The notes: generated by a model from the sequence alone, not told the origin. 64,000 bases of DNA from Bryobacterales bacterium (GCA_965226385.1 OZ245359.1:2315301-2379300), one strand, 5' to 3'; positions 9,831-19,394 are shown, counted from the stretch's first letter. Translations and numbers: made by a program.

Positions 9831-11366
9831 CTAGCCAAATCCGAACAGGCTTGCGCCAAGCATGTAGACAGCTGCGGGCACGATCAGGAGCCCGATGATG
9901 TCGAGCACAACGCCGGCACGGAACATCTGGGTCATGCTGATCCAGCCGCTCGAAAAGATGATCGCGTTGGGAGGCGTCGCTACCGGCATCGTAAAGGCAA
10001 AGGATGATGTTACGGCCATGGGTATGAGCAGCAAGTAAGGGTGCACTCCAAGCTCGGCTGCCATCGCGGCAACCGCGGGAGAAAGCATCAGCACGGTAGC
10101 CACATTCGAGGTTGTTTCGGTCATGACCGTCGTGAGCAGGCAAATCGCGATCACCAAGCCCCAGCTCGGTATGCCCTGCATTGCTCCAAGCGAGGAGCCA
10201 ATCCACATCGCCAAGCCGCTACTCGATATCTCCGCTGCCAGCGCGAATCCCCCGCCCAACAGAAAGACGATGCCCCACGGGATGCCTTGGGCCGCGCCTT
10301 TCCAGTCCAGGATCCGCACCCCTCTTTCGCCCTGTCCGGCAGGGAGAGCGAAAAGCAGTACCGCCATTGCCATCGCCACGGTCGAATCGTGAACATGGGC
10401 CGGCGTGGGAAACAGCTGCGACCAGCCCGGCAGATAGAATCCTCCGAGATCCAGCGGAGCCCGAAAGATCCACAGCAGCCCCGTCAAGGCTGCGACGACT
10501 AGCACGCGCCGCTCCGGGACGGTCATCGGTCCCAGCGCGGCCAACTCTTTCTCGATGACGTTTTGGTCGCTGGAGAACCGGATATGCGAGAGCGGGATGG
10601 CCGTACCGAAATGGCACAGATAGAGCCAAGCCACTGGCAGGAACACGAGCACGATCGGCACGCAGACCATCGACCAGTGGACGAATCCGATCGTTGGCAG
10701 GTCAGGAAACGATTCGGCGGCGAAGCCCAGGAACGCCACAGTCGTGGGAGATCCGACGATCGTCCCGATGCCACCGATGCTGGCCGCGTAAGCGATGCCC
10801 AAGAGCAGCACGCAGCCAAAAACTTCGCGCGCCACCTTCGGTTGGTCAGTTCCCGCAGGAGCGCTACGGATTTCGGCCGATGCCGACAACTGATTGACCA
10901 CCGCCATCGCCATCGGCAACAGCATCATGGTCGTGGCTGTGTTCGAAATCCACATGGACAGCAACGCAGTGGTGACCATGAATCCGAGCACCATGGGTTG
11001 TGGCCGAGCTCCGAAGCGAGCTATCACAGTCAGTGCGATGCGGCGGTGGAGCGCCCACCGTTCCATTGCGTAGGCAATGATGAAACCACCGATGAACAGG
11101 AAGATCAGATGGTTCGCGTAGTGCGCCGAGACCGTTCGGCTAGACGAAACGCCAAGCAGCGGGAAGAGCACGACCGGAACTAGTCCCGTCACGCCGATGT
11201 GAACCGCTTCGCTGATCCACCAGCAAATCATGAGCACCGCGATGGCGGCCGACTTCTGACCGGCCTCGCCCAGGCCTTCCGGCGTGGGAAGAGCTAGCAC
11301 CAGCAGGAATCCCATGACACCGGCAGCCAAGCCTAACGACTTGCCAGAGACGGGCAGACTAGGCAT
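9831..11366 (-). CDS. DASS/SLC13 family sodium:dicarboxylate or sulfate symporter
   Basis: Two SNT/SNV motifs (SMWISNTAT, TETTSNVAT), FTMPVATPPNAIIF and many transmembrane segments. Confidence 0.92.
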   Translation of the reverse strand: MPSLPVSGKSLGLAAGVMGFLLVLALPTPEGLGEAGQKSAAIAVLMICWWISEAVHIGVTGLVPVVLFPLLGVSSSRTVSAHYANHLIFLFIGGFIIAYAMERWALHRRIALTVIARFGARPQPMVLGFMVTTALLSMWISNTATTMMLLPMAMAVVNQLSASAEIRSAPAGTDQPKVAREVFGCVLLLGIAYAASIGGIGTIVGSPTTVAFLGFAAESFPDLPTIGFVHWSMVCVPIVLVFLPVAWLYLCHFGTAIPLSHIRFSSDQNVIEKELAALGPMTVPERRVLVVAALTGLLWIFRAPLDLGGFYLPGWSQLFPTPAHVHDSTVAMAMAVLLFALPAGQGERGVRILDWKGAAQGIPWGIVFLLGGGFALAAEISSSGLAMWIGSSLGAMQGIPSWGLVIAICLLTTVMTETTSNVATVLMLSPAVAAMAAELGVHPYLLLIPMAVTSSFAFTMPVATPPNAIIFSSGWISMTQMFRAGVVLDIIGLLIVPAAVYMLGASLFGFG

Positions 11367-11465
11367 TTGAACTTCCCTGCGATCCCGGCAAGGTTCTCAT
11401 TGGCGGTTAGCCCCTCACTCCGGTGCGGGTATAGATCCTTAAAGGGAAGCTATGCCAGAAGGAAA

Positions 11466-11540
11466 TGGTAGCGCTACGGGGATTCGAACCCCGATCTGAG
11501 CCTTGAGAGGGCTCTGTACTAACCCTTAGACGATAGCGCC
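11466..11540 (-). tRNA. tRNA-Glu(CTC)
   Basis: Reverse complement GGCGCTATCGTCTAAGGGTTAGTACAGAGCCCTCTCAAGGCTCAGATCGGGGTTCGAATCCCCGTAGCGCTACCA. Anticodon arm GAGCC-CTCTCAA-GGCTC. Confidence 0.96.
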
Positions 11541-11760
11541 CTATGCACTCGCATGATAGCAAGCAGCCGAAGAGGATGCGCGGTGCTTGACGTATGCAGC
11601 ACGCCAGGTTGCGTCCGATGACCGCCTACACGCGAATCGCAAGCGAGTCCCACGGTGATTCGGCAGGCTTGGCACGTCGGACTCCCTATCCGCCTCCCTA
11701 TCCGCCGTTGTTGGCGCGGACTGTGATAATGGATCTTGAGCCGGTTTCGGCGCCTTTGAC

Positions 11761-12672
11761 GTGCGCATCCTGCACCGTTACGTCTTCCGCGAGGTAGCCG
11801 CCGCATCACTGGTCGGAACAATTCTGTTCACGCTCGTACTGTTCTTGCAGCGTGTCGAGCCGGTGATGGAGCTACTCGTCGGTCGTGGAGCACCCGCAGC
11901 CGAAATGCTGCGGTTGCTCGCTCTGACGATACCGCAAGCTTTCCCGTTCACAGTTCCGATCGGAGTCCTGACGGGCATCCTGGTAGCCGTCGGCCGCCTC
12001 TCCAGCGATAACGAGGTTCTGGCAATGACAGCCTGCGGAGTGCGCAGCCGTGCACTGGCGGGGCCCGTGGCGCTGATCGGGTTCCTCGGTTGCGCCGTGA
12101 CAACTCTTTGGCTCACCCCCTGCTCACTCCGCGAGCAGGTTCGCATTGCCGAATCATTCCGTATCCAGCTGGCGGGTTCCGAGGTCAAGCCACGAGTATT
12201 CATAGAGGACTTCCCGGAACAAGTGATCTGGGTGCAGGACGTGTTACCCAGCGAAGGGGTTCACTGGCGCGGAATCTTCATGGCCGACATGCGGGCGCCT
12301 GCCAAGCGGGGTTCAATCAGTGGATTCAACGCTGCGGTTGACGGCCCGCGGATCACATTGTCCTCAGAGGCATTTGTCCAACCTCGGCCAGAGCAGAACC
12401 GAATTCAGATCCGATTCCCACTGACTACGACTTACGAGGAATCAAGCGATCCAGCGCGATATCTAGCATTCCGCTCGGAGAGCGCCGACCAAGTCTTGCA
12501 AGCCCGGCCAAGGCAATTTGATCCGGCCGCAAAGCGCTACGACAGCTTGAACACGCTGGCGCGGATCAGGTTGCGGGCGGCCGTACGTCGGCAATCGTGC
12601 GCCGGGAGTAATGCCGGGAGGGCTACTGTTCGCAGCGCGGGATGCTCCATGACGTCAAGCGCGGCGTTCTAG
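11761..12672 (+). pseudogene. lptF: LPS export permease LptF, 3'-truncated
   Basis: MRILHRYVFREV, GRLSSDNEVLAM.ACG and VKPRVFIEDFP. Similarity is lost after about 12555 (RYDSLNTL) and the C-terminal TM helices are missing. Confidence 0.75.
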
Positions 12673-12732
12673 TCAGCCGCAGTCAGCCCTTGCTTGGTCT
12701 TCACCTCGATCATCAGGCGGCAGTGAGGCCTG

Positions 12733-13926
12733 TCATGCATCGCCGCCCGCTTTCATGATCGCGGCAAAGACTTCCGGGTCGGTGACGCCTTCGGACCCGA
12801 TCAGCAAGACACGAGCATTCGCATCGAGCCCAAGCGTGCGGCGCATGTCTTCGCAGTCGGCAGCGGCGATCAGCGCCGCCAGTCCCGCAACGGCGCTTTC
12901 ACCGGCCTCGATTTTCGGCTCGTCTCCTGCCGGGCAGGCAAGCATGCGCACGGCGGCGCCAACGAAGCTGTCGGGAATGGTCAGAAAGTCGCTCGCCTCT
13001 TCCGACAGGACCTCCCACGCCAGTGCGGACGGTTCGCCGCAGGAAAGACCAGCCATGATGGATTCTTCTTCGATTCGAATGCTCGTCGCCTTGCCTGCCC
13101 TTGCGCTCTCGAAAAGGCAGGCCGCCAGCTCCGGTTCGACAATGACGACACGCGGCACCTCCGCTCCCCAATATTGCCGGAATCCGGCCGCGACTGAGGC
13201 CGCCAGCCCGCCGACACCGCCCTGCAGGAAGACATGTGTCGGAGCCTGCGCAGTCGCGTCGCAGATCTCCCGCGTCATAACCCCGTAGCCCGCCATCACA
13301 TCCCGCGGCGGGAGGGCGTAGCCAGGCCAAGATGTATCGGAGACGACAAACCAACCGTTCGCTGCGGCTTCCTTGCGCGCGTACGCCACTGAGTCATCGT
13401 AGTTGCCGTCGATCCGGATCACGTAGCCGCCCAAGCTCCGCATGGCCTCGGCGCGCGTTTCGCTGACGTTGGAATGGATGTAGAGACGGCAAGACGCGCC
13501 GAAACGCTTGCACCCCCAGGCAAGGGCCCGGCCATGATTGCCGTCGGTGGCCGAGACCAGCGTGACCCTGGCAGTCCAATCCGTATAGTCGCCGTTTCGA
13601 ATGTCGGCCATCGACACATTGCGGCCCAAACCTCGCGAGATCTCACGCTGGAGAACGCGCAGCGCCGCATACGACCCGCCAAGCGCCTTGAAACTGCCCA
13701 GACCAAAGCGCGGGCCCTCATGTTTGTACAAGATCTTCGCGATGCCCAGACCGGCCGCAAGATCCCCAAGTTCCACCAGAGGGGTAGGTGCATAGCCTTC
13801 CCACTGCGTGATCTCCGCAACGGCGTCCGCGAAATCAACGGAGGACACGACACGCGTTGCGGCGTCGCCTGGGCGAGGGAAGCCCGCAACATGCCTGAGT
13901 GTGCCGCTGTCGAAGCTGGTGGACAT
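12733..13926 (-). CDS. dpaL: Diaminopropionate ammonia-lyase (PLP fold type II)
   Basis: YAPTPL, K.EGPRFGLGSFKALGG, SATDGNHGRALAWG, VVSDTSWPGY, IMAGLSCGEPS and GESAVAGLA. Confidence 0.9.
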   Translation of the reverse strand: MSTSFDSGTLRHVAGFPRPGDAATRVVSSVDFADAVAEITQWEGYAPTPLVELGDLAAGLGIAKILYKHEGPRFGLGSFKALGGSYAALRVLQREISRGLGRNVSMADIRNGDYTDWTARVTLVSATDGNHGRALAWGCKRFGASCRLYIHSNVSETRAEAMRSLGGYVIRIDGNYDDSVAYARKEAAANGWFVVSDTSWPGYALPPRDVMAGYGVMTREICDATAQAPTHVFLQGGVGGLAASVAAGFRQYWGAEVPRVVIVEPELAACLFESARAGKATSIRIEEESIMAGLSCGEPSALAWEVLSEEASDFLTIPDSFVGAAVRMLACPAGDEPKIEAGESAVAGLAALIAAADCEDMRRTLGLDANARVLLIGSEGVTDPEVFAAIMKAGGDA

Positions 13927-14039
13927 CCGATTAGGCCACTGATTGGCGGGTCATTATGCGCTCAACCCTTTCAGAAGAACTGGCTCAACCCTGGAGGGTA
14001 GGTCACGCCGCCTGCCGATGATACGTCTGCCGTTGCCCG

Positions 14040-14094
14040 ACGCGGACACGTGTTCCGTCAGCGCCTTGCGGAACAGGCGTTTGGCCGCCGCGGC
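14040..14094 (-). pseudogene. IS6-family transposase scrap
   Basis: AAAKRLFRKAL motif directly beyond the IS50-like end. Confidence 0.45.
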
Positions 14095-15700
14095 CTGTCG
14101 TTTACACACAAGTCACTCACGACGCATCTTCTGATAGAGCTTGCTACCCTCGTTTAACCGACGGGTCCGTTCCACCACCTGCGTGATCGTGGCCAGCCTC
14201 GTGTATCCCTCCCACATCACCTTGTGGCCTGGCACTGCGTACTGCTTGCGCTTGTAATTCAGATACCCGCCCAGCATCGCCAGCGTTAGCACCGCCCGCC
14301 CCAGATTGTCCGGCGGCAGCTGCCGCCGGTCTTGCGCGAAATCCTCCAGCGCCGCCAGTTCGATCTCCGCGAACAGCGTGTCCGCCGGCAGTTCCGGCGT
14401 GTCCCGTCCCAGCAGAGTCATCAGCGTCAGCCGCCAGGCGATCACCGCGTTGATCGTCACCGCCCGCTCGATCCGCTCCCCCTGCCGGTGCCCCAGGTAC
14501 TCCACCCTGCAGCCCGACTTCAGCACCCGGTGCCAGTCCTCGATGCGCCAGCGCAGCTTGTACCACTCCAGCACCCGCTCCGCCTCCTGCTGCGTCTGCA
14601 CCGCCAGCGTCGTCAGCAGGAACCATTCCAGCCGCTCCGCCCCTTCCGGCTGCGTCTGCTCCCGCACGTGCACCAGGCGCAGCTTCAGCGCCGCCTCCTG
14701 CCGGTCCGGGTCCGTCAGCTCCACCTCCCGCCAGCGCAGTTCCACCTGCGCCTCCCGGTCCATCACCGACACCGGCCGCACTCCGGCCAGCTGCCCGGCC
14801 AGCTCCGCGCACTCCCGCAGCCCCCGGATCCAGCGGTACGTCTTGCGCCGCTCCAGCGGCTTGCCCTTCTCCGCCTTCCCGTCCGGCGTCTCGAACTGGA
14901 TCTGCGGCACCCCCAGCGGCACCCCCTCCCCGTTCACCACCAGCGTCGCATGCATGTGCAGCCCCAGCGTCCCCGCCGAGCCCTTGTTCTTGCCGATATA
15001 GCCCAGCCCCACGCAGCCCGGGTGCTCCGCGAAATTCAGGTCCGTGCCATCCTGGATGCACAGCACCGCCGCCTGGTCGTTCTGCGCCGCTCCCGGGAAC
15101 GATTTCGTGGGCGCTTCCCCTTGCCTCTGCACAATTTGCACCAGCCGCTTCCCCAAGCGTACATCGCCCAGCCGGGCGCCGCCGAATTCGTGCTTGGCCC
15201 ACACGTCCGCAGCCAGTTGGCGGCTGCCAGCGAGGTGCCTTGGTAACGGCCTTTCTCGACAAAGGTTTCCACGAGCAGCGGACGGTAACCGTAGCGGTGC
15301 TGGAAGTCGTCGGGCAGGTGGCGCAAGGCCAGGCCGAGGGCCTTCGAGGCCAGGTTGCGGCATTGGACGGAAGAGCGAATCAGAAAACGGCTCAGTCCGA
15401 TCACCCGGTGCAGCTGGCGGGAGCGCTGGTCGGCGTCCCAGCCGATGAAGGTGTCGCGAGCGGCCAGCGTGAGAGCCGCTGCGGCGAAGCCGAGGGCTCC
15501 CAGCACGCCGTGGTCGGAGACCAGCAGGTAGCGCAGTTGGGCACCGACGTGCTGGGCGGCGGCACGGGGCGGCCGATACAGCGCGGGCGGCAGCGGCGGT
15601 GGTTATGCTGGGGTGCGGGCAGTCGGATGTGGCCGGCGGCGTCCAGAGTGCGCAGGGCATGCATGCAGCTGGCCAGCTGCGGCCGCCCGCGAGAGATCTA
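14095..15700 (-). mobile_element. Decayed IS4-family (IS50/Tn5 group) element encoding a DUF4338-transposase fusion, with several internal deletions
   Basis: End CTGTCGTTTACACACAAGT (14095-14113) resembles the Tn5 outside end. DUF4338 motifs GAQLRYL, RDTFIGW, SRFLIR, YGYRPLLVETFV and AANW. These are followed by WAKHEFGGARLGDVRL, IQDGTDLNF, MDREA and WYKLRWRIEDWHRVLKSG. Confidence 0.88.
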
Positions 15701-15934
15701 CCGGGCGCGAACGCCCGGCCCTGCAGCCGGTGCGACCCGCTCCGGAGCAGCCCGGGTACCGCAGGCACTTCCATAGGGAGTTGGCAGGGCTGAACCGCTA
15801 GCGTGGGCGCGCGGCGATCGAGGCGGCCACCGGCGACCGTCCTTGCCGGATGCGCCGGTACGAGTGGGCGGAGGCAAGCCCGGGTCTGAAGCTGGGACTT
15901 GGCGCATTCCGTGTTCGCGGATAGACTCCGGGTC

Positions 15935-16372
15935 ATGGCTTTCGTGATTGATCGGGTCGACTTGCTCGGCTATCTCGCTTCCGACGCCTGCATGCGTGAC
16001 GAGACCACAGGCATGGTATCGGTGCCGCTCGCCAGTGCGGCCGCCTACTACCTCCGGGAGACGGTTCCCGAAGAGTGCAGCAAACCGCTGACCCTTGCAC
16101 TCTGGGAATCCGGACATGACCTTGTGATCAAGGATGGCACGGACCTTCAGCCGCAACTCGCCGCCGGAGCGCAGGTCTACGCCGCGGGCCGGCTGCAGCG
16201 GCGAATTCTCGAAATGGAAGGCGCGACCCTCTGCCGGTCTGAGGTCGTCTGCATGGCGGCCGACGTTCTTGTGCTCAGAGGACCCGACGGAGGGCGGCCG
16301 CAAGGATCGTCGGCGGCGGGATCCTGGTCCGCTCTACCATCTAAGGTGTCGGAAATAGGCTCTCCAGCTTGA
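15935..16372 (+). CDS. Divergent single-stranded DNA-binding (SSB-like OB-fold) protein
   Basis: IDRVDLLGYLASDACMR and LAAGAQVYAAGRLQRR...RSEVV parallel the SSB motifs NRV.LIG.LG.DP..R and KG.QVYVEGRLQTR...TEVV. No acidic DDDIPF tail. Confidence 0.6.
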   Translation: MAFVIDRVDLLGYLASDACMRDETTGMVSVPLASAAAYYLRETVPEECSKPLTLALWESGHDLVIKDGTDLQPQLAAGAQVYAAGRLQRRILEMEGATLCRSEVVCMAADVLVLRGPDGGRPQGSSAAGSWSALPSKVSEIGSPA

Positions 16373-16481
16373 TCCGTGCATCCTCCGTCCCAAACTGCCA
16401 GTTGATTTCGGCTTGGCGCCGGTCGAGGCATTGTTCCACAGCGTGCCCGGTTCAATCTCCGCGATGTTGAGACGGCTCCCG
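16335..16481 (-). pseudogene. IS630-family transposase C-terminal remnant
   Basis: GSRLNIAEIE and, after a frameshift, INWQFGTEDARIKLESLFP. Confidence 0.7.
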
Positions 16482-16559
16482 AGCGCGTCTGTCAGCCCAT
16501 CGGCACCCAGACGGCCCAACCTTGCGGCCAGCGAGTTCTCGGCAGTCGAATTTGCAGTA

Positions 16560-16886
16560 ATCGTTGGGGGAGACACTCAGCACTCGGTACATGCTCGCGA
16601 TAGGATACAGTGCCTGGTTCGCCTTGACGAATTCGAACGGCCTTTGACAGGATTTCCCGCTCCAGCCGCAGCCGACGGTTCTCCCGCCACGGGCGCACCA
16701 GCCCTTCCTCTCGGAACCGCGCGGACCGTCCTGGCGGCTACCCTGGTCGCGCTCTGATTGCTTCACCCAGCGCCTCACCGAATCCACGGAAATCCCAGAT
16801 TCCCGGGCCACCTCCAGCAAGCCGGAATCACCCAGTTGCACCAGCTTTTCAACCTGGTCCCGAAACTGCTTGGGATAGGGCTTCAC
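16560..16886 (-). pseudogene. IS3-family orfA/orfB remnant
   Basis: MKPYPKQFRDQV...VARESGISVDSVRRWVKQ (HTH), ENRRLRLEREILSKA and FEFVKANQALYPIASMYRVLSVS. Confidence 0.8.
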
Positions 16887-17059
16887 ATAGGCTCATCGGC
16901 TCATCGTTCGAGGCCTCCTTGCCCCTTCTCCTAGGGCGAGCAGTCACTGCCGATCCGAGCTAGATCTGGTGTCGCAGACGCGGCTACTCCAGAGAGGGCA
17001 GCCGCGCTAGGCCCGAGCCATGGCGGGCGACGTCCGCCGCTGGCCAGGGCGCATCTGCA

Positions 17060-17078
17060 TACACACAGATGGTGTGTA
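17060..17078. promoter_or_regulatory. Putative operator of the toxin-antitoxin operon
   Basis: Perfect inverted repeat TACACAC-agatg-GTGTGTA about 40 bp upstream of the RHH antitoxin start. Confidence 0.55.
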
Positions 17079-17116
17079 CTCTTAGGGAACGCGTATTGCA
17101 TTACGTGAGGTCCCCA

Positions 17117-17338
17117 ATGAACCGACGGCTCACCATCACCCTGCCAGAACAGACGGTCAGGATGCTTGATCGCGCTGTGTCTCGAGGCCAGCGCTCGCGT
17201 TTGATTGACGAAGCCGTGAGACGCTTCGTCAATGAACAGGGGAGAGCGAACCTTCGAAAGCAGCTCGAGCTAGGTGCGACAGCTCGATCCGAGCGTGACC
17301 GGGAGATCGCTGAGGAATGGTTCGTCCTTCCTGACTAA
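17117..17338 (+). CDS. Ribbon-helix-helix (CopG-like) antitoxin
   Basis: MNRRLTITLPEQTVRMLD...RSRLIDEAVRRF, acidic C-terminus (DREIAEEW), GAGG RBS, directly upstream of the toxin. Confidence 0.85.
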   Translation: MNRRLTITLPEQTVRMLDRAVSRGQRSRLIDEAVRRFVNEQGRANLRKQLELGATARSERDREIAEEWFVLPD

Positions 17339-17343
17339 CCCTC

Positions 17344-17907
17344 ATGATTCGACCAAAGAGGGGAGACATCTATCTGGTCAATTTCGATCCGACGATTGGC
17401 GCTGAGATCCGGAAGACACGCCCGGCGCTAGTTTTGCAAAACGATATCGCCAACAAGTCCGGCCCGGTCACCATTGTGGCTGCCATCAGTTCCAAGTTCG
17501 ATGACCTTCTGTATCCCACGGACATCTTGCTATCCGCCAAGGCACGGACAGGTCTCGCTGTGGATTCGGTAGTGCTTCTGAATCAGATTCGGACGGTCGA
17601 CAAGAAGAGGCTAGTAAAGCAACTCGGCCGACTGTCGACAGCTCGGTCCGATCTCCGCGATGTTGAGCCGGCTCCCGTGCGTCGCCTGGCACTGAACGTG
17701 CAGCCAGCCGGCGGCTGTGGCCCTGGTCACTTCCTTCAGCGGGTCTGTCGCTACTGTCTTGCTCATTCGAATGCGATCAATGGACGGCGAAGGCATCCTC
17801 TGAGAGCCAGCAGCGGTCCGCTTCGAGGTGGTGGCGAGCAACTCGGAGCTGGTTCTGGACTGCATCGTGGGAAGAGAGAACGAACTCGGATTGCCCCTCT
17901 GATTTGA
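17344..17907 (+). CDS. mazF: PemK/MazF-family toxin, native C-terminus replaced after about 17640
   Basis: PKRGDIYLVNFDPTIGAEIRKTRPALVLQND and DSVVLLNQIRTVDKKRL...GRLS. The ORF then reads through antisense IS630/IS6 remnants. Confidence 0.85.
   Translation: MIRPKRGDIYLVNFDPTIGAEIRKTRPALVLQNDIANKSGPVTIVAAISSKFDDLLYPTDILLSAKARTGLAVDSVVLLNQIRTVDKKRLVKQLGRLSTARSDLRDVEPAPVRRLALNVQPAGGCGPGHFLQRVCRYCLAHSNAINGRRRHPLRASSGPLRGGGEQLGAGSGLHRGKRERTRIAPLI
17645..17760 (-). pseudogene. IS630-family transposase remnant (catalytic Glu region)
   Basis: THGSRLNIAEI resembles PKHGSWLNMAEIE. Confidence 0.55.
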
Positions 17908-18010
17908 AACGACGCATGGGATGTGCTCGTTCTCTCGTGTGCTGGTAGGGCACCTCGGCCCGTTTGTTCTCGGACCGGCCGTTTCGATGGGATAAGCATC
18001 CCGGCGCGCC
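17777..18010 (-). pseudogene. IS6-family transposase C-terminal remnant
   Basis: ENKRAEVPYQHTRERAHPMRRFKSEGQSEFVLSSHDAVQNQLRVARH matches the IS6 pattern NNRAE.SHQPTR.RER.MRRFKS.GQAQRFLS.H. Confidence 0.7.
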
Positions 18011-18051
18011 GCTCGGCATCCATTTCCCGCCCGCAGCATGTTCGGCTCGCT

Positions 18052-18777
18052 TCACCAGGACACGGTCGCTTGGCCGGACGACGAAGGCCGCCTCAAGGTG
18101 ACGGCAGCTCCGGTCGCTTCTCGGCCGAACAGAAGGGCTCGAGGGTGTCCGGCACGCGGGCGACGGATCCGTGCCGCCTCGCTCGAAACCTGCCGACCGG
18201 ACCAAGAGAGCACTGCCAGGCCCGCCGACCGATATCTTGATAGGCGTATCCGAACCGGCGCAGAACTGCAATCGAATCGACGCAACCGGTCTCCTCGAAC
18301 CGGCGCACGCCGGGGCGGCGAGCCGTGCAAGACCTGCTCACAAGAAAGCGCGACCAAATCGGCGCAAACTGTTTCAAGTGCGCGCCACCTCGCATCGTGA
18401 CGCTCCATCCGGCGTGCGACCGACGGCGGCTCCGGATCCAGGGCGATGCGCCGGTCGCACGCTTCCACGCGCAGCTGGCCCAGCGAGGCCCTGATCGCAG
18501 CTACCAGCTGCTTCCTCAAGTTCGTGCGGGAATCCAGCCGACCTCCCTGTGAGGAGCCTGACTGCGCCTCGAGGACGGCCAGCACTCCCGGGAAATGGTG
18601 CGACATTGCCCTCCGAGCAAGCCTGATCCTACAGGCATACTCCGATTTCGCTGCATCTGCGGCAGCAGAGCCAACCGGTACCTCCTCGCGAGTGTTCCTT
18701 CCAGACGAGGCCCGTTCACCCGAGTTGCAGGCACGCATTTTCGGGAATTCCGTCGCAAATCCGCAGCTCCCGCTCAT
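18052..18777 (-). CDS. Hypothetical protein or degraded island gene
   Basis: Longest ORF in the interval, with a helical-looking central part. No family recognised. Confidence 0.25.
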   Translation of the reverse strand: MSGSCGFATEFPKMRACNSGERASSGRNTREEVPVGSAAADAAKSEYACRIRLARRAMSHHFPGVLAVLEAQSGSSQGGRLDSRTNLRKQLVAAIRASLGQLRVEACDRRIALDPEPPSVARRMERHDARWRALETVCADLVALSCEQVLHGSPPRRAPVRGDRLRRFDCSSAPVRIRLSRYRSAGLAVLSWSGRQVSSEAARIRRPRAGHPRALLFGREATGAAVTLRRPSSSGQATVSW

Positions 18778-19394
18778 CAGCTGCGGGTTTTGTGCTTGCT
18801 GCCTCGAAATCCGGTCGAGCCCAGGGAGATGCCGCTGTTGGGGTTACCGCTCCCATCGCGATCGCTGGCGATCCGCGATCATTCAAGCCGCGTCAAGAGC
18901 GGGTGCCGGGCAGTCATTGCGCGCGCCCGCTCCGCTGCCCGAGCCTTAGCGGCGGCGGCGGATTCTGGCTTCCATTTGCAACCTCTCTCGCAACTGCAAA
19001 TCCGCATGATGCCAGTAAACCGCCTGGAAGTACAGGAAGCCCTTTCCCCGACAGCCTTGAAACCGCTGGTACTTGTGACTCAAGCGGCCGGCATTCGCAA
19101 GGATTGGAGGCACCTCGTCGAGTTTGCTGGCGGCGTCGATCGCCTCTCTCACGGTTGCGGACTCTGGCCGAATTCGTCGGGTATTGCTGGCGACTCATCG
19201 TTGTCGATTCCATGCCTGGGTATCCCGGCAAGCCGATGACGTTGGCCAGGGCGAGACTGCGATCGCAGTGGCTGTATTGCACACCCCTGCTGGCCTGCAG
19301 TCGCTTGGGCGCGGCGGGTATGTCTCCAGGAACTCCAGCGCGCGGCAAGAGTGCGTGCTGGGCGTCACGCCCCCTCGCCCGAGGGCCTTGGCGA

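Noticed and set aside
12560-12735. Possible cyclodeaminase remnant downstream of the ammonia-lyase
   Set aside because: Only a few residues resemble the family, too little to call.
16890-16905. Tandem GGCTCATC x2 upstream of the IS3 remnant
   Set aside because: Only two units in decayed DNA, no functional inference possible.
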